NCBI GenBank assembly: GCA_009602735.1 | Contig: WELA01003463.1 | Span: forward strand, 34,720-90,251 | Source: Mesotaenium endlicherianum | Lineage: Eukaryota | Direction: 5' to 3' | Length of the DNA: 55,532 bases | Shown here: positions 36,328-47,310 of the stretch, one piece after another | Position numbering within the stretch: position 1 is the stretch's first letter | How the letters are laid out: each line of letters starts with the position of its first letter | Made by a program: the position numbers and the translations under genes | Notes under the pieces: generated by a model | Databases searched by the model: none | The model's input: only the letters and a program-made list of their open reading frames with translations | What the model was told of the DNA's origin: nothing

Positions 36328-38089
36328 AGCTGAGGCGTCCCTGCCTTTCCTGTTGAAAGCTATTATTTTCCAGCCCTGCGGCTAGGAGTTTTAGGAAGGC
36401 ATCAGGACATTCCCATCGTCTTGCCATAGTTTCTTCCTCGCCAATGCAGAAAGTGTGCCAACGGGCACCACATTTATCGCAAGTTACCATTGCTTCCTGA
36501 TTGTCCAGCACTTTGCAGCTGGCACAAGGCGTGGCCGGCACCAATTCCTCGGGCACAACCTTAACTGTGGGATCAATATTCGGCAAATGGCATAGCGAGC
36601 AATTCTGCACGTGGTCTCTTATGGTTTTACCATCAGAACCCTCCAGTTCTAACACACCATTGTCAAACGCATGTTTCACGCGCAAGATCACTGCACCTGA
36701 ACTGGTGTCGATGGTGGTCTTGGTCTGGCGCTTGCGGTAGACAAAGTCTCCTTCTTGAATCTGCGTCATCTGCAGGCGGTAGCTCCCGTCTCGCGTCCTG
36801 GCGTAACGTTGCGTATCTCTTTTCTGTGCAATTTTCAGATTGTATAGTGCAGCCAGTATCATGCGCTCAAATAACGCCTTACGGCGCACCATCACTTTTA
36901 ACAGTTCATCAGGGCTGTCCAGGTCTTTCACCTGTTCAATCTCCTGCTTGATGCTGCTGGGCATTACTGGACTTCTGCCAAACAGTATCTGATATGGCGA
37001 GTAATTTGCCAAGGCAGCCTGCTTGCTAAATCTGTAACCCGTAACCAGCCATGGCAGGGCTAGATCCCAGTCACGCTTGTCATGCTCAAGGCAAAACTTG
37101 CGCAAAGCAGACTTAATGGTTTGCACCATCCTTTCTGCCAGACCATCTGCTTGCGGATGATCTCTAGACGTAGTGCGATGATCGATGAAGCATCTGTCCA
37201 AGAGTTTCTGAAAAGACCCTTGGAACTCAGACCCTTGGTCTGTCAGCACTTCTGCTGGAGCTCCATGACGCACAATCACACCATTGAGGAACGCTTCCGC
37301 GGTCCCTAGACTCTCCTTAGCAGTCAGAGGGACAACCTCTATCCACTTAGAGAAATGCTCAATCATTACCATGATATACTTGTTACCTCGCTTAGACAGC
37401 GGTAGCTCACCTGCAAGATCGCAGCTCCAACGGTAGCCTAGGCCCATGATTGGCAAAGGTTGCAAGTGTGGATGTTGCTGTGTAAAACCAGCCTTGACGC
37501 AATCACAGCTTTGGCAGGCCTTGATCACATCTTCACACTGCTGCTTCATGCCCCTCCACCAGTAAGACAGCTCCAAAAGACTATATGTCTTCTCGACACC
37601 ATAGTGTCCAGTGTTCTCGTGCATTTCTTGCACAAGGGCTCGTCTCCTGATGGGTTCTGGCACTAACTTCTCCTGACCAGTTTCTTCAATTTTGAAGAGG
37701 TTGTTACATTTCCAGCAAAACTTTTTAGCTCGATGGCTTACCTGGTCCTTCTCCTTCACTAATAGTCCTTCCAAGTGAGTTCCCGTCTTCAGCCAGTGCA
37801 TAGTAGCTTGATCTTTCCAGATCTCTGGACTGAACAGGGGTAGAGGCTCAGCTTCACCTGATGCTACTATTCTAGCCATTTCGGCTAGGCACGCCACCAA
37901 CTCTGCTGGGCTGCTTGGGTCTTTGTCCTCTCGAGCTCCTGTTCTGTCGTCTGAAGATGGGTCTGGGTTCCTGCTGAGTCCATCGGCGTCGTTGTTGAGC
38001 ACTCCAGCTCTGTGCACCACCGTCATTTGGTACTCTTGCAGCTTAAGAGCCCAGCGAGCCAACTTACCAGTGAGGTCTCCATTCTTCAT
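36326..38089 (-). CDS. Element B: end of RNase H, DDE integrase and C-terminal PHD finger
   Basis: LARWALKLQEY..ADGLSR; HENTGHYG..CQSC zinc-binding motif; WSCDLAG, LTDQGSEF, DGLAERM; CASC..CDKC..HTFC..WECPD (last Cys lost by a frameshift relative to A). Confidence 0.9.
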   Translation of the reverse strand: MKNGDLTGKLARWALKLQEYQMTVVHRAGVLNNDADGLSRNPDPSSDDRTGAREDKDPSSPAELVACLAEMARIVASGEAEPLPLFSPEIWKDQATMHWLKTGTHLEGLLVKEKDQVSHRAKKFCWKCNNLFKIEETGQEKLVPEPIRRRALVQEMHENTGHYGVEKTYSLLELSYWWRGMKQQCEDVIKACQSCDCVKAGFTQQHPHLQPLPIMGLGYRWSCDLAGELPLSKRGNKYIMVMIEHFSKWIEVVPLTAKESLGTAEAFLNGVIVRHGAPAEVLTDQGSEFQGSFQKLLDRCFIDHRTTSRDHPQADGLAERMVQTIKSALRKFCLEHDKRDWDLALPWLVTGYRFSKQAALANYSPYQILFGRSPVMPSSIKQEIEQVKDLDSPDELLKVMVRRKALFERMILAALYNLKIAQKRDTQRYARTRDGSYRLQMTQIQEGDFVYRKRQTKTTIDTSSGAVILRVKHAFDNGVLELEGSDGKTIRDHVQNCSLCHLPNIDPTVKVVPEELVPATPCASCKVLDNQEAMVTCDKCGARWHTFCIGEEETMARRWECPDAFLKLLAAGLENNSFQQERQGRLS

Positions 38090-38137
38090 CAGCCATAGTA
38101 ATGGTGAGTAATCCGTGATCAGTGTGAAGGGTCTTCC

Positions 38138-39157
38138 CTACAGATACTCTCTGAAGTGTGTGACCGCCCAAACCACTGCCAGCAGCTCTCCTTCATAGGA
38201 CGAGTAGTTGCTCTCCGCTCGATTGTTAGAGCGTGAGGCATAGGCAATGACATACTCCTCTCTAGGGCTTGTGGCCTGAGTGAGTACTGCGCCAATTCCC
38301 ACACGACTCCAGTCAGTGTGCAGATTGAACGGTTTGGAGTAGTCAGGCGTTCGCAAGACTGGGGCTGTTACCAGCCGCTCCTTAAGCTCGTTCATGGCTT
38401 TCTCCTGAGCTTCTGTCCACACAAAAGGTACATCCTTTTTCAGGAGTTCCGTCAAGGGTTTAGCAATTCTGCTATAACCCTTCACAAACTTACGATAGTA
38501 TCCGCTTAGCTCTAACAGAGCTTTCAGCTTAGACACATTCGCAGGTGCAGGTATCTTGTAAATAGCCTCAGTCTTCACAGCCTGAGGGGACATAGCATTG
38601 TTCCCAATCTCATGTCCTAGGTAAGGCACGTGTGCCTCAAAGGCACACGTCCATTGCCAAAGTTCCTTTTGAGCCCAGAAAGCAGTCTTACCTCGATCTT
38701 TTGTTTTCACAGGGATCTGGTTGAAGCCTTGGCGCAGATCGATAATGCTGAACACCTTTCCGGTGGTGGCAATTGCAAAGATCCTTTCCGGCGTAGGCAT
38801 CACATAGCTATCTGGCTCCGTGTAGAGATTCAGTCGCCTGTAATCTCCACACATACGAGTGGCAGTGTAATTGCCGGCCTTGTCCTTTTTAGCGGCTACT
38901 ACTGTAGGAGCCCCATGTACTGAGGTAGATTTTTCAATCATGCGGAGCTTATGCAGCTCTTCACAAGTTTTCTCCACACAGTCCCATTCTGTCTGACTGA
39001 GCTTATGCGGCCCTAGTCTGACTGGGTTATCAGTAGTTAGTGTGATCTCACACACACTGGCAGTGGTTCTACCAATCTCCTCCTGAGTGAAGGCAAATAC
39101 CTTGCGGTGTTTCTTCAGCAACCTTTCTACTTGTGCTCTCTGCTGGGCTGAGACCAT
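38138..39157 (-). pseudogene. Element B RT/RNase H with the YxDD core deleted
   Basis: RMCGDYRRLN, IDLRQGFNQI, KTAFW, then jumps to FEAHVPYLGH; about 65 aa present in A are missing. RNase H LHTDWS..IAYASR..ELLAVVW. Confidence 0.9.
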
Positions 39158-39220
39158 TTTCCCAATGGCAAAAGTCTCAGTTTCAGGTTGCTTCTCCCCA
39201 ACAAAGGCATCCAGTAGTTG

Positions 39221-42200
39221 CTACTCCTTAGGTGCAGGTGGGGGCTTCCCGCCCTCATCCTGGCCCTCAGGCTTTTCTGCCTGATTTTGGCTCTCAGGCT
39301 TTTCTGCCTGATTCTTAGGAGGTGGGGTAGCAGGCTTTGCAGCTTGCTCCTCCGTTGCCATAAGTTCGGCAGCCTGTTTCTTAGGCTTTTTACCTTTCCC
39401 AATGACGCGTCGCCTCTCCTGCGGTGAGGGGTATGTCAGGCGCCTCCGGATGGGCTGCCTCAAAAACATTTCCTCGTCGACTGCAGTCCAACTGGTCCCG
39501 GTTCCTCCTTCTTCACGTGGCCGAGGTTGGTTTGCCATTGGAAAACCTGCGGGATCTGTCCTAGGGCTGATCGCCCAGCCCCATTCTTGCTCAATAATAG
39601 CCATGCGGGCGACGGTCGTGCCATACTCCTCCCTTGCGGGTGGTGTGACCATCCATGCCTGCGCCAATGTTTGCGGCCTTTGAGGTGCCGCTAGTTGTGC
39701 GAGAAAGGCATCATCTGCTGCGGTCAAGCGGCTGATGGTGTTTCTCAGATCCATCAGTTCCCATCCTGGGATTGCAGGTATCATGGGAGCAGGCTCCTCC
39801 GACCTCTGTATCCTAAGATGTGATAGTTGCAACAAGGGCGTGTTCATGCCTGGCGGCACACTAATGCCCAATGCCATTGCCCTGCGAACCAAATCGTCCT
39901 CTCCCTCTCTCTGCAGAATATCCCGCAGAGGCGGAGGAGGTGGGGCTGTGGTTCCTCGCGGAATGCCCTCTCTCTCTCTGAGCCTTCCCCTTATGTTTGA
40001 AATATCGCTCTAGCATCCTCCTAAAAGATGCGTTACCCTCACGGGCCACCTTCCTTGGTCTGCTTGCGCGACTTTTGGGCTTTCCTTGTGCTGTCTCCAC
40101 TTTAGCAGTGCAGGCAGTCACCTCCTGCCATTGCGGTGGTTGTGCGGTTGACTTGGGTTCTGCTACTGGAAGACTGGCAAAAGGAGAACTGGATGTTGGC
40201 GACCTTAATTCTTCATAAAGGTCTGCCGGGCTTGGCCCCATCAGGTGGTCAGCCACCCAGTCGTCTGTCCTCAGCTCCTGTAAGTCAAGCAGATCCAACT
40301 CTGGCGTGGGAAAACGTGGAATCTCTCCCCTAATGTCCCCTTCATTGTTGAGTGATGGAGACTCCAACTCCGAGAGGCCTTCCATCTCTGCATCCTCTTC
40401 CTCCTCCGGCTTCTCTATTCCAGGAGGCGGTAATTCTTCATCCCCTCCTGTGTTGAGCCTCGCCATGTTGATGATAGCTGACTGTAGAACGAGAGCTGCT
40501 TTCGCCACTTTTTCTTCCTTGAGTCGAGGGGCGTCTGCTTCCAGCAACTGCGCCATGATTTGCCTGGTGATCGACTCAGCTGTGCTGCCAACTATGTCTT
40601 GTGGTTGCCCTTTGGCCTCTGGCCCTGGGCTCATCAGAGCAAGTGTGGCGGGCAATCTCTTGGCCGTCGCCTTCTTGTGTTCTTCAAAAATCACCTCCAG
40701 GCAAATGGTCTTTCCAGACCCTCCAGAATTTCCTGAATTCTGACTGCATTCTTCGGCCCATTCGCCAATATTGCACTGGCGTTCTTCATATTTTGATGTT
40801 ACTGCGTCTGGGGATGGGCTCCCAAAGACTTGGTCTGGAGCCATGTTTCGTAACTCAGAACTGGTACATTCTTCCCATTCCGGCATCCTCCCCAATACTT
40901 GGCTGGAGCGTTCTGCAGATGCTGGGACCTCCTGTGATTTGCTGACTGCAGCGCTCACCAAAGGGTTTGCTGCACCAGTTGCCTGGTCTTCCATGGTTAC
41001 GTCTCCTCGCAGCCTCCGCAGCTCTCTTTCCAGAGGGTCGTGTAGAGTCGCCATCCGATTGTCAATTCGCGTCAATAAGTCTTGACACCTGGTCAGCTCC
41101 ACCACTCTGGTTTCTCTGAGTGTTTCATCTTGGTCAGCCTCAGCTGCGTCTCTTTCAACAGCATATTCTTTTTGTCGCTGATACGCTTCCCTGATAGCTC
41201 TTTGATCAGAGGTTGGCACCACATGGACTCCAATCGTTACCGGCCTCGGCCTGGGCATAGGCTTGTCAGAGAACGTCATCTGTTGCCAAGTCATAATCGT
41301 CTCTACCAACCATGTCATGGAGTGATGCCCAATCATATTGTCGAATATCTTCCCAGCGTTGTCCTGTCCCACCATTGCAACAATTTCTTGTGCAATGGAG
41401 TTGGGTACCCCCAGGCACCTTCCCTTCTCTTCAGCTGTCGGCTCTCTCCACTGAGCTTCTCTGTTGTGCACATCTTTGACCATTCCTGGTCCTCCATTCA
41501 CGAAAGCGCGTGATCCTGGGTATGCTGTGAAGGTGGGCAGCACCACCCTCGGCCGGCCTGGCTCGTTGACGACGTACTGTGGGTAGGAATCCCTCCTGAT
41601 CACTGGCTTGGTTTCCACCATCAGTGCTTCTCCCACAGATACTGCCGTTGGCGTGCGCCGCGTAATCTCCTCCATCTTCCTCAGGATTTCAATGGACATG
41701 CCGTTGGTCCAGAATAGTCTGGCCCGGTGTGAGAGTCCTCCGTGCCTGGCGTCGTTGATCAATACATGATGACCCAGGGTGGAGTCAAAGACGAGCCATT
41801 GATCTCCTGGCTTCATCTGGTTGTAATCCATCCCTAGATGTACATTCTCAATCACAAACACTGGTGGGTAGAGATGCTGGCGTTCCCGCAGCATACTGAT
41901 GATCTTCACCATCCTTCCCCAGTGTTGTGCTCGCGGGTCATTGAATCCCCTCCTGTTCCCAACTTGCGAGAAAGGTTGACAAGGGAATCCCGCAAAAATC
42001 CAGTCAATCGTGTAACCATACAGGTCCTCAAACTTCACATCGAGAATGTTTTCTCCAGCAAGACGCACCACACTAGTGGGCACCAATGCCTTGAAATGGT
42101 ACATTTGCCGCATCTGACTCATGACCTCCTCAAATGCCTTAAAAACATTCTCATCATTGTCCACATACAGCACTTTGGATACCTGGATACCTCGCTGAAT

Positions 42201-45035
42201 CGGTGCGATGGTTCCAGTACCAAGTCCGGCGAACAATTCCAGCACTACTACTCCTCTCCTGCAAAAAGGATCTTCCATCCTCACAATGCCTTGCGGCAAT
42301 GGGTCTACTCCAGGCATCAAATTGGCAGCAGTCTTAACTGGATAAGGAACTGGCAGCAGCTCTTGCGGGCTACGGTCCCTGTTACTCACAGCTTCTAGTT
42401 GCTCCATAATCCAAGGTTGCCAAACCAAGGGAGTCGGCATGTTGATGCTGGTGTAGATCTTCTCTTCGCGTTGCATGATGAGGTCATAATGGTCTGGATA
42501 CTGGTCATTCACATAGCAGTCTAGCAGTCCGTAGTTTGCTTCTCCCGAGCAAACCATTTTTACAGGAATTTCTCCTGTCGGCTGCCGATCTGTCGACTGG
42601 TAAGTCACCCTCTGCTTCCGCAGGTCGATGACCATACCCAGGGGAATCAGAGCTTCTGTCCCCAATAGAACATCATAGTTTTCTGCCTCTGTCACCGTAC
42701 ACTCTATGAACAGTGACGCTTCCTCAGGTTTCCCCAAGTTTACTGTGATTTCCACAGGCTTGCGGGTGATTCCACAAGACTTTGAAATCTGCCCAGATGC
42801 AGTCCTCAACTGGAAAGGACTTTCTTTCAGGTCCCTTGCCGTCAATCCCAGAGCTTTCACAGCTCGCTTTCCCAAGATTACTGGCTGTGCGCCAGTGTCC
42901 AATAGGATATTGGGAGCGGCCCAGTTGTTAAACGTCAAAACTCTATCCTTGTTCTGCACTCTCACAGTGCTGAAATTAGTAGGCAGCGAAGCGCTGTTCG
43001 CGCCTTCCTCAGCTAGGTCCAGCTGCTGTCCGGCTTCCTCAATCGTGAAAGGATATGTAAGACGCAGATCAGCGAGTGAAAGACAAGGAATGTGCTGAAT
43101 CCGGTGTTCCACCAGAGCCTTCAGCTTTTCCAGCGAAAAACTAAATGTCTTGCGTGGCCCAGGCTTGGCTTGTCGTAGCTGCGCAATCTCGTTCTCATCG
43201 AGAGTGATCCGAAAGGTCTGAGGAAGCTTCCCAGCATTCCTTGGAACCAGACGATCATGATCTGCGCGCTCCGCAGCCGTTGCAGCCACGGCCTTCTCAG
43301 GCGTCAGCTTCTCGCCTTTGCAGACGGTCTTTTCGGCCACATCTGCATCATAATAGACATTAGGCACATTTAGTCTTGCAAATTGAGCTTTCAACTCTGC
43401 AATTTCTGCACTCATAGCATCATACTTCTGATTACCCTTCCGGTTACCAGAGTTATCTCTCTCCCGTTTCTTACCCTCATCCGCCTCTTTCGTGGCAGCA
43501 TTAGCCCATGGTGGTTTCAGATTTGGGTTCTTGGACCAACACTCATCTTCTGAGTGTCCCTTTTTACTGCAATGTGCGCATACCTGCGCCTTGCTAGCAG
43601 ACAATTGCTTAGCATCCGAGTACGGACAATCTCTCTTCTGATGTCCTGATTTCCCGCAATTCCAACAGCCCTCTGCTGTCTCAGCAGTGTTGGCGTGCTT
43701 AGCAAACCTATTGAAAGACCCGCTCTTTTTCTTAAATTGAAAATTAGAGCTATTGGCCTTGGGCTGAAAGGATTCCTCCCTTCTCTCAGGAGCCATAAGC
43801 GTCCTAGAAGCCTCCTTGTACCAGACTTTACCTTCCTCAACATTCCGTGCTATTTCAGCAGCCTCGTCGATGTTCCAGTCGATTCCGCGTTTTGCAGATA
43901 GGTGCGGCCTGACCTCCCAATCTGTATCTTTACCCGGACACAATAAGAATTTGTCAGCCACAATCCTAGGCTCATAGATTCCTGCCTTCTTGGCAAGGTC
44001 TACCAATCTGGATTTGACCTCCATCACTGTCTCGTTCTTCTGACGGACAAAATGCACATAGCGGTGCACTTTAAGACTGCGATCCTCTGGGAATGTTGCT
44101 TCAAGCAACTTGAAGAAACGACGCAGACAGTGCTCAGAGTCTAACTGGTCATCCCCAGCCTCCATATCCCTACGGCAACTAGCCAACGCTTGCGCATGGC
44201 TTGCTTCCGTGGTGACACTATCACCATGCTGCCCTGTAAAAGGTGCAGCTCTGCGTGTTACTCGTTCCTGAGCATTAGCAATCTTTTCAGACAATTCTGC
44301 ACACACTTTTCGCAATTCTGCGACAGATCCAGCATCATCATCTCGAGTAGCCGCTCGCTGCTGACCCTCGGTGAGTTGCTTCATGGCATCTGTTAATTCT
44401 TGTGTTAGTGCAGCTAAGTTTACGCTCTCAACAGGTGCAGCAGGTATCGCTCTTCCTGATGACAAAGCGGACAGGCGGGCTTTCGCAGCCTCTTTCTGGA
44501 TTTTCAAATCCCTCGCCTTCTTTTGCTCGTCAAACGCCCATTCCTGGGTAAGGTTCTCATTCTTCCGAAATTGGCGATACAGGAACAAGGCATCCTTGTC
44601 CAAGTACTGAACCAAGCTTATAAAAGCGACTGACTGAGTGTAAGAAGAATCCTTTCGGATTTTCTCAAAGAAGTCAGCCTAATAGATCTCATCAAACTCT
44701 TCGAAAGTTAGACTATTTCCACTAGTTCGTCCACTAAAACACTTTGTAGACAGCTTGAACTTATCCTTATCATCACCAGTCATTTCGAGTGGTGACCAAG
44801 ACTCACTATCTTTATCCCACACGTCGTGCTCTCTGCCCGAATTGGGTACAAAAGCTCGCGTGTTATACGGATTCTCACCGTTCGTGGCAGTATGGCGAGA
44901 CTCGTCTCTCGACGGTTGCTCACTCCACAGGTTATCCGTGTGCTCTGATGTCTCACTTTCTCGTGGACTCTGGCTTGAATCAGAACCTTTTGCAGGCTCC
45001 ACAGGGTAGTAGAGTCTTCCATTCCTCAACTGCAT
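39221..45035 (-). pseudogene. Element B polyprotein N-terminal part: Gag (2 CCHC), aspartic protease, C5-DNMT, uncharacterised region; includes the 1584-aa open frame 39861-44615
   Basis: MQLRNGR start (45035); CWNCGKSGHQKRDC and CAHCSKKGHSEDEC; LLDTGA..DVLLG; DNMT motifs. Breaks near 44679 and 39880. Confidence 0.9.
41285..42260 (-). other. C5 cytosine DNA methyltransferase domain in frame within the element B polyprotein
   Basis: VLELFAGLGTG (I), LYVD (II), IFAGFPCQPFS (IV, catalytic PC), FVIENV (VI), HRARLFW (VIII), REPTAEEKGRCLG (IX-like), IFDNMI (X; GN in A). Confidence 0.92.
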
Positions 45036-45144
45036 GTACAGTTGAATTTCTCCGGGTCCCCTTCCAGGTTGAGCACCGGCAGCCCTCACAGGCCTCAATC
45101 CCCAATTTGCTTGGAAATTTCTATTCACTTGAACCACGGAACTG

Positions 45145-45158
45145 AAGTTCTCAGAAGT
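45145..45158 (-). promoter_or_regulatory. Putative self-priming primer-binding site of element B
   Basis: Exact inverted repeat of 45484-45497 inside the adjacent Y repeat; identical to the A site. Confidence 0.72.
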
Positions 45159-46367
45159 AGGACAAAAGTCTCTTACTTCCACATAGGCTTTATGCCTTAA
45201 GGTTCTTGGGTTCACAGATGAGCAAATTGTAGTTTGCAGAAATCACACGCTAAGCAGCTTGACATGCAACGTCAGATTCAGAGAAAATTGCCCTTCAGGC
45301 TTTTCGCTTAACTCCCACAAGTCAGCTTACAAAACTCTGAAACTTCGTCTATGCTGGCCTGGGTCAAGCTCTTCACTTAACACCGCGTCTTAACAGCTCT
45401 TCACTGCCAGGCTGGGCTCACTCAGTTCTTCACTGAGAGCTTTATCTGTCAATACTACTCTCTCTTTTCGAGATGCGAATGCGACTTCTGAGAACTTGGA
45501 AATCAACACACAACTCACCATTTTAAGGCTGCTTCACACACACACTTGTGGCGTTCGGCTGACTCCGTGCTAATCTCCTAGCAGATTCTATTCTGCAGTT
45601 CTCCTTCTTCAACCGTGAGATTCCCTCTTGGGAACTCCTACAATGCTAACTTATCTATGATACACAGAAGAATCTTTAGCGTCCTCAGAAGCGTGGGGCT
45701 TTGGCCCTCCAATGGCCTTGGGAACTCCTTCTTCTCTTTCCTTCTGCTTCTTGGCAAAGGTGCGTGAGAGTGAATGACATGTCTCAGGCAAGATTCGTGC
45801 CTTTCGCAGGCACCACACAGCGTCATCTTTCGAGAATGCCGTGCTTAGTCACACAACTTAGCTGCATGTCGCCTCTGCCTAGCCATGCTCAACTCAAACT
45901 CGTAGTCACTCAGCATGCATGCACACCTTGTGACTGTCGCGCGTGGCTGCTTAGCTTCTCAGCTGGCAGTCACGCCTAATTAGCTCATGGCTAAGAATTC
46001 CTGAGCGGCGTGCAAGCAAATGCCACTTGCTCAAGTTTTCCCAATCGGGCGGCCATAACCTTTCTTGGCGTTGCAGCCATGACCTGGCTTAATCTGCCAG
46101 TCACACCGTACCTGACCTGGTACTTGCTGGGCGGCTCATTGCTGATCCTCAGCTCCTAGCCTCGCGGCTGTCTTGTCAAAACCTCCCCCATACCTGGGTG
46201 TGGGGCACACTGACGTTGACCCCTTGCCAGTGGTCTTGACGCCGCCATAACCGCTGACTGCGATGTAATCAGTCAAGTGGTCGGTGAGTCAATGTTGGCT
46301 TTCAGCACTAGGTGGCCGTAGCTTGCGCTGCACGTGCGACACCGTCAAACGGATAATAGTCGCGACA
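45159..46367 (-). repeat. Element B repeat Y, 5' copy (1209 bp, uninterrupted)
   Basis: Matches the split copy at 31488-36010; no X copy lies next to it. Confidence 0.93.
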
Positions 46368-47310
46368 ATAGCGCCCTGAAATCAAAACTTTGGAAAATTT
46401 AATGACAAGATTCAAAAATTTAAGGCTCCGAATTCAAAGTCTCGGAAAATTAGCGCCCATTTCCCCCCCCATGTGGCAGGAATATGCGAAGAGAAATGGC
46501 AGGGTACGTTAAAGTGGCAGGGGTACGTGAAGAGAGATGGCGGAAACACGTTCGCAGCAGTGGTGCTTTATGATGATCTACGACATCCCCAGGCATCCTC
46601 CGGTATTTCCTCCGGGTGGGGGTTCGTAGAGTGCAAATGCAACTATTTGCCTGTGGAATGACTGAATAACGGCGGCGCAGCGCCTGATATAGGCTGCTGG
46701 CGCAGTGCCTGCGCTAGCCACAGGCAGTTGATTGGCTGCGCCACTTCCGCGAGGAAGTGGAGGATTCACGATAAGTCTTTTCTTATCAAACTATATTCTG
46801 AATATTTTCATGTACAAAATACTATTATTTCAACAAGTGATTCAGGGCGTATAAGGACGTCATTGGATTTGACATCTCACGAACGTTATTGACAAAGCTG
46901 TTTAGTGACGTCGTGAACCGGCACGATGGGATTGCGACAAAGCGACAAAAAAGCGCTTGAAGGAAGTAGGAAGGGTTTGGATTCTGGAAGCGTTCTCAAC
47001 TGATTCTTGACAAATCTCGTCCAGAACTCTTCCAGACAGACTTTTTTGATACAGGTGCATGAGGAGTAATTGCATACTCTTGTAGGCGCTCCTAGCTCGT
47101 CCTAGCAACACTAAGAGGTGGGGAGATCTTTAGAACGACGTGAGGGAAGGGGTGGAGCACGACGTTCACCCTCGGAAGTCTGAGTTGCTGGTGCTCGCCT
47201 TGTAAAATAACTGAAAAATACCACGCAGATTGCCGATCAGCTGATTTAGGGAGAGCAATCGTCATGAATGGTATCTCTAGATCGTAGGAGCAAGTCATCA
47301 GAGGAAAGGA

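Larger units (their letters stand above)
31185..46367 (-). mobile_element. Element B: second, better preserved DNMT-carrying Ty3/gypsy-type retrotransposon with split terminal repeats, interrupted by a piggyBac
   Basis: Termini TGTCGTGCC (31185) and GTCGCGACA (46367). 4-bp TSD ATAG at 31181-31184 and 46368-46371. Contains ORFs of 1584, 223, 339 and 587 aa with retroelement motifs. Confidence 0.95.
31045..46473. mobile_element. Putative ~240-bp hAT-like MITE (31045-31184 and 46372-46473) split by element B
   Basis: Inverted ends CATGGGGGGGAAA / TTTCCCCCCCCATG. 8-bp flanks TGGCAGGG (31037-31044) and TGGCAGGA (46474-46481). Four internal TAGCGCCC motifs, one spanning the element B insertion point. 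Confidence 0.5.

Noticed and set aside
41285..42260. Bacterial restriction-modification methylase or contamination
   Set aside because: The domain is in frame within a retrotransposon polyprotein in both copies and is flanked by spliced eukaryotic genes.
39087..45145. Plus-strand ORFs antisense to the retrotransposon polyprotein
   Set aside because: These are shadow ORFs of the coding strand with no independent motifs.
31185..46367. Classifying A/B as DIRS/Ngaro elements because of the split repeats and a methyltransferase
   Set aside because: They encode an aspartic protease and a DDE integrase, have a PPT, TG..CA ends and 4-bp TSDs, and the methylase is C5-type. No tyrosine recombinase motif was seen, although no HMM search was run.
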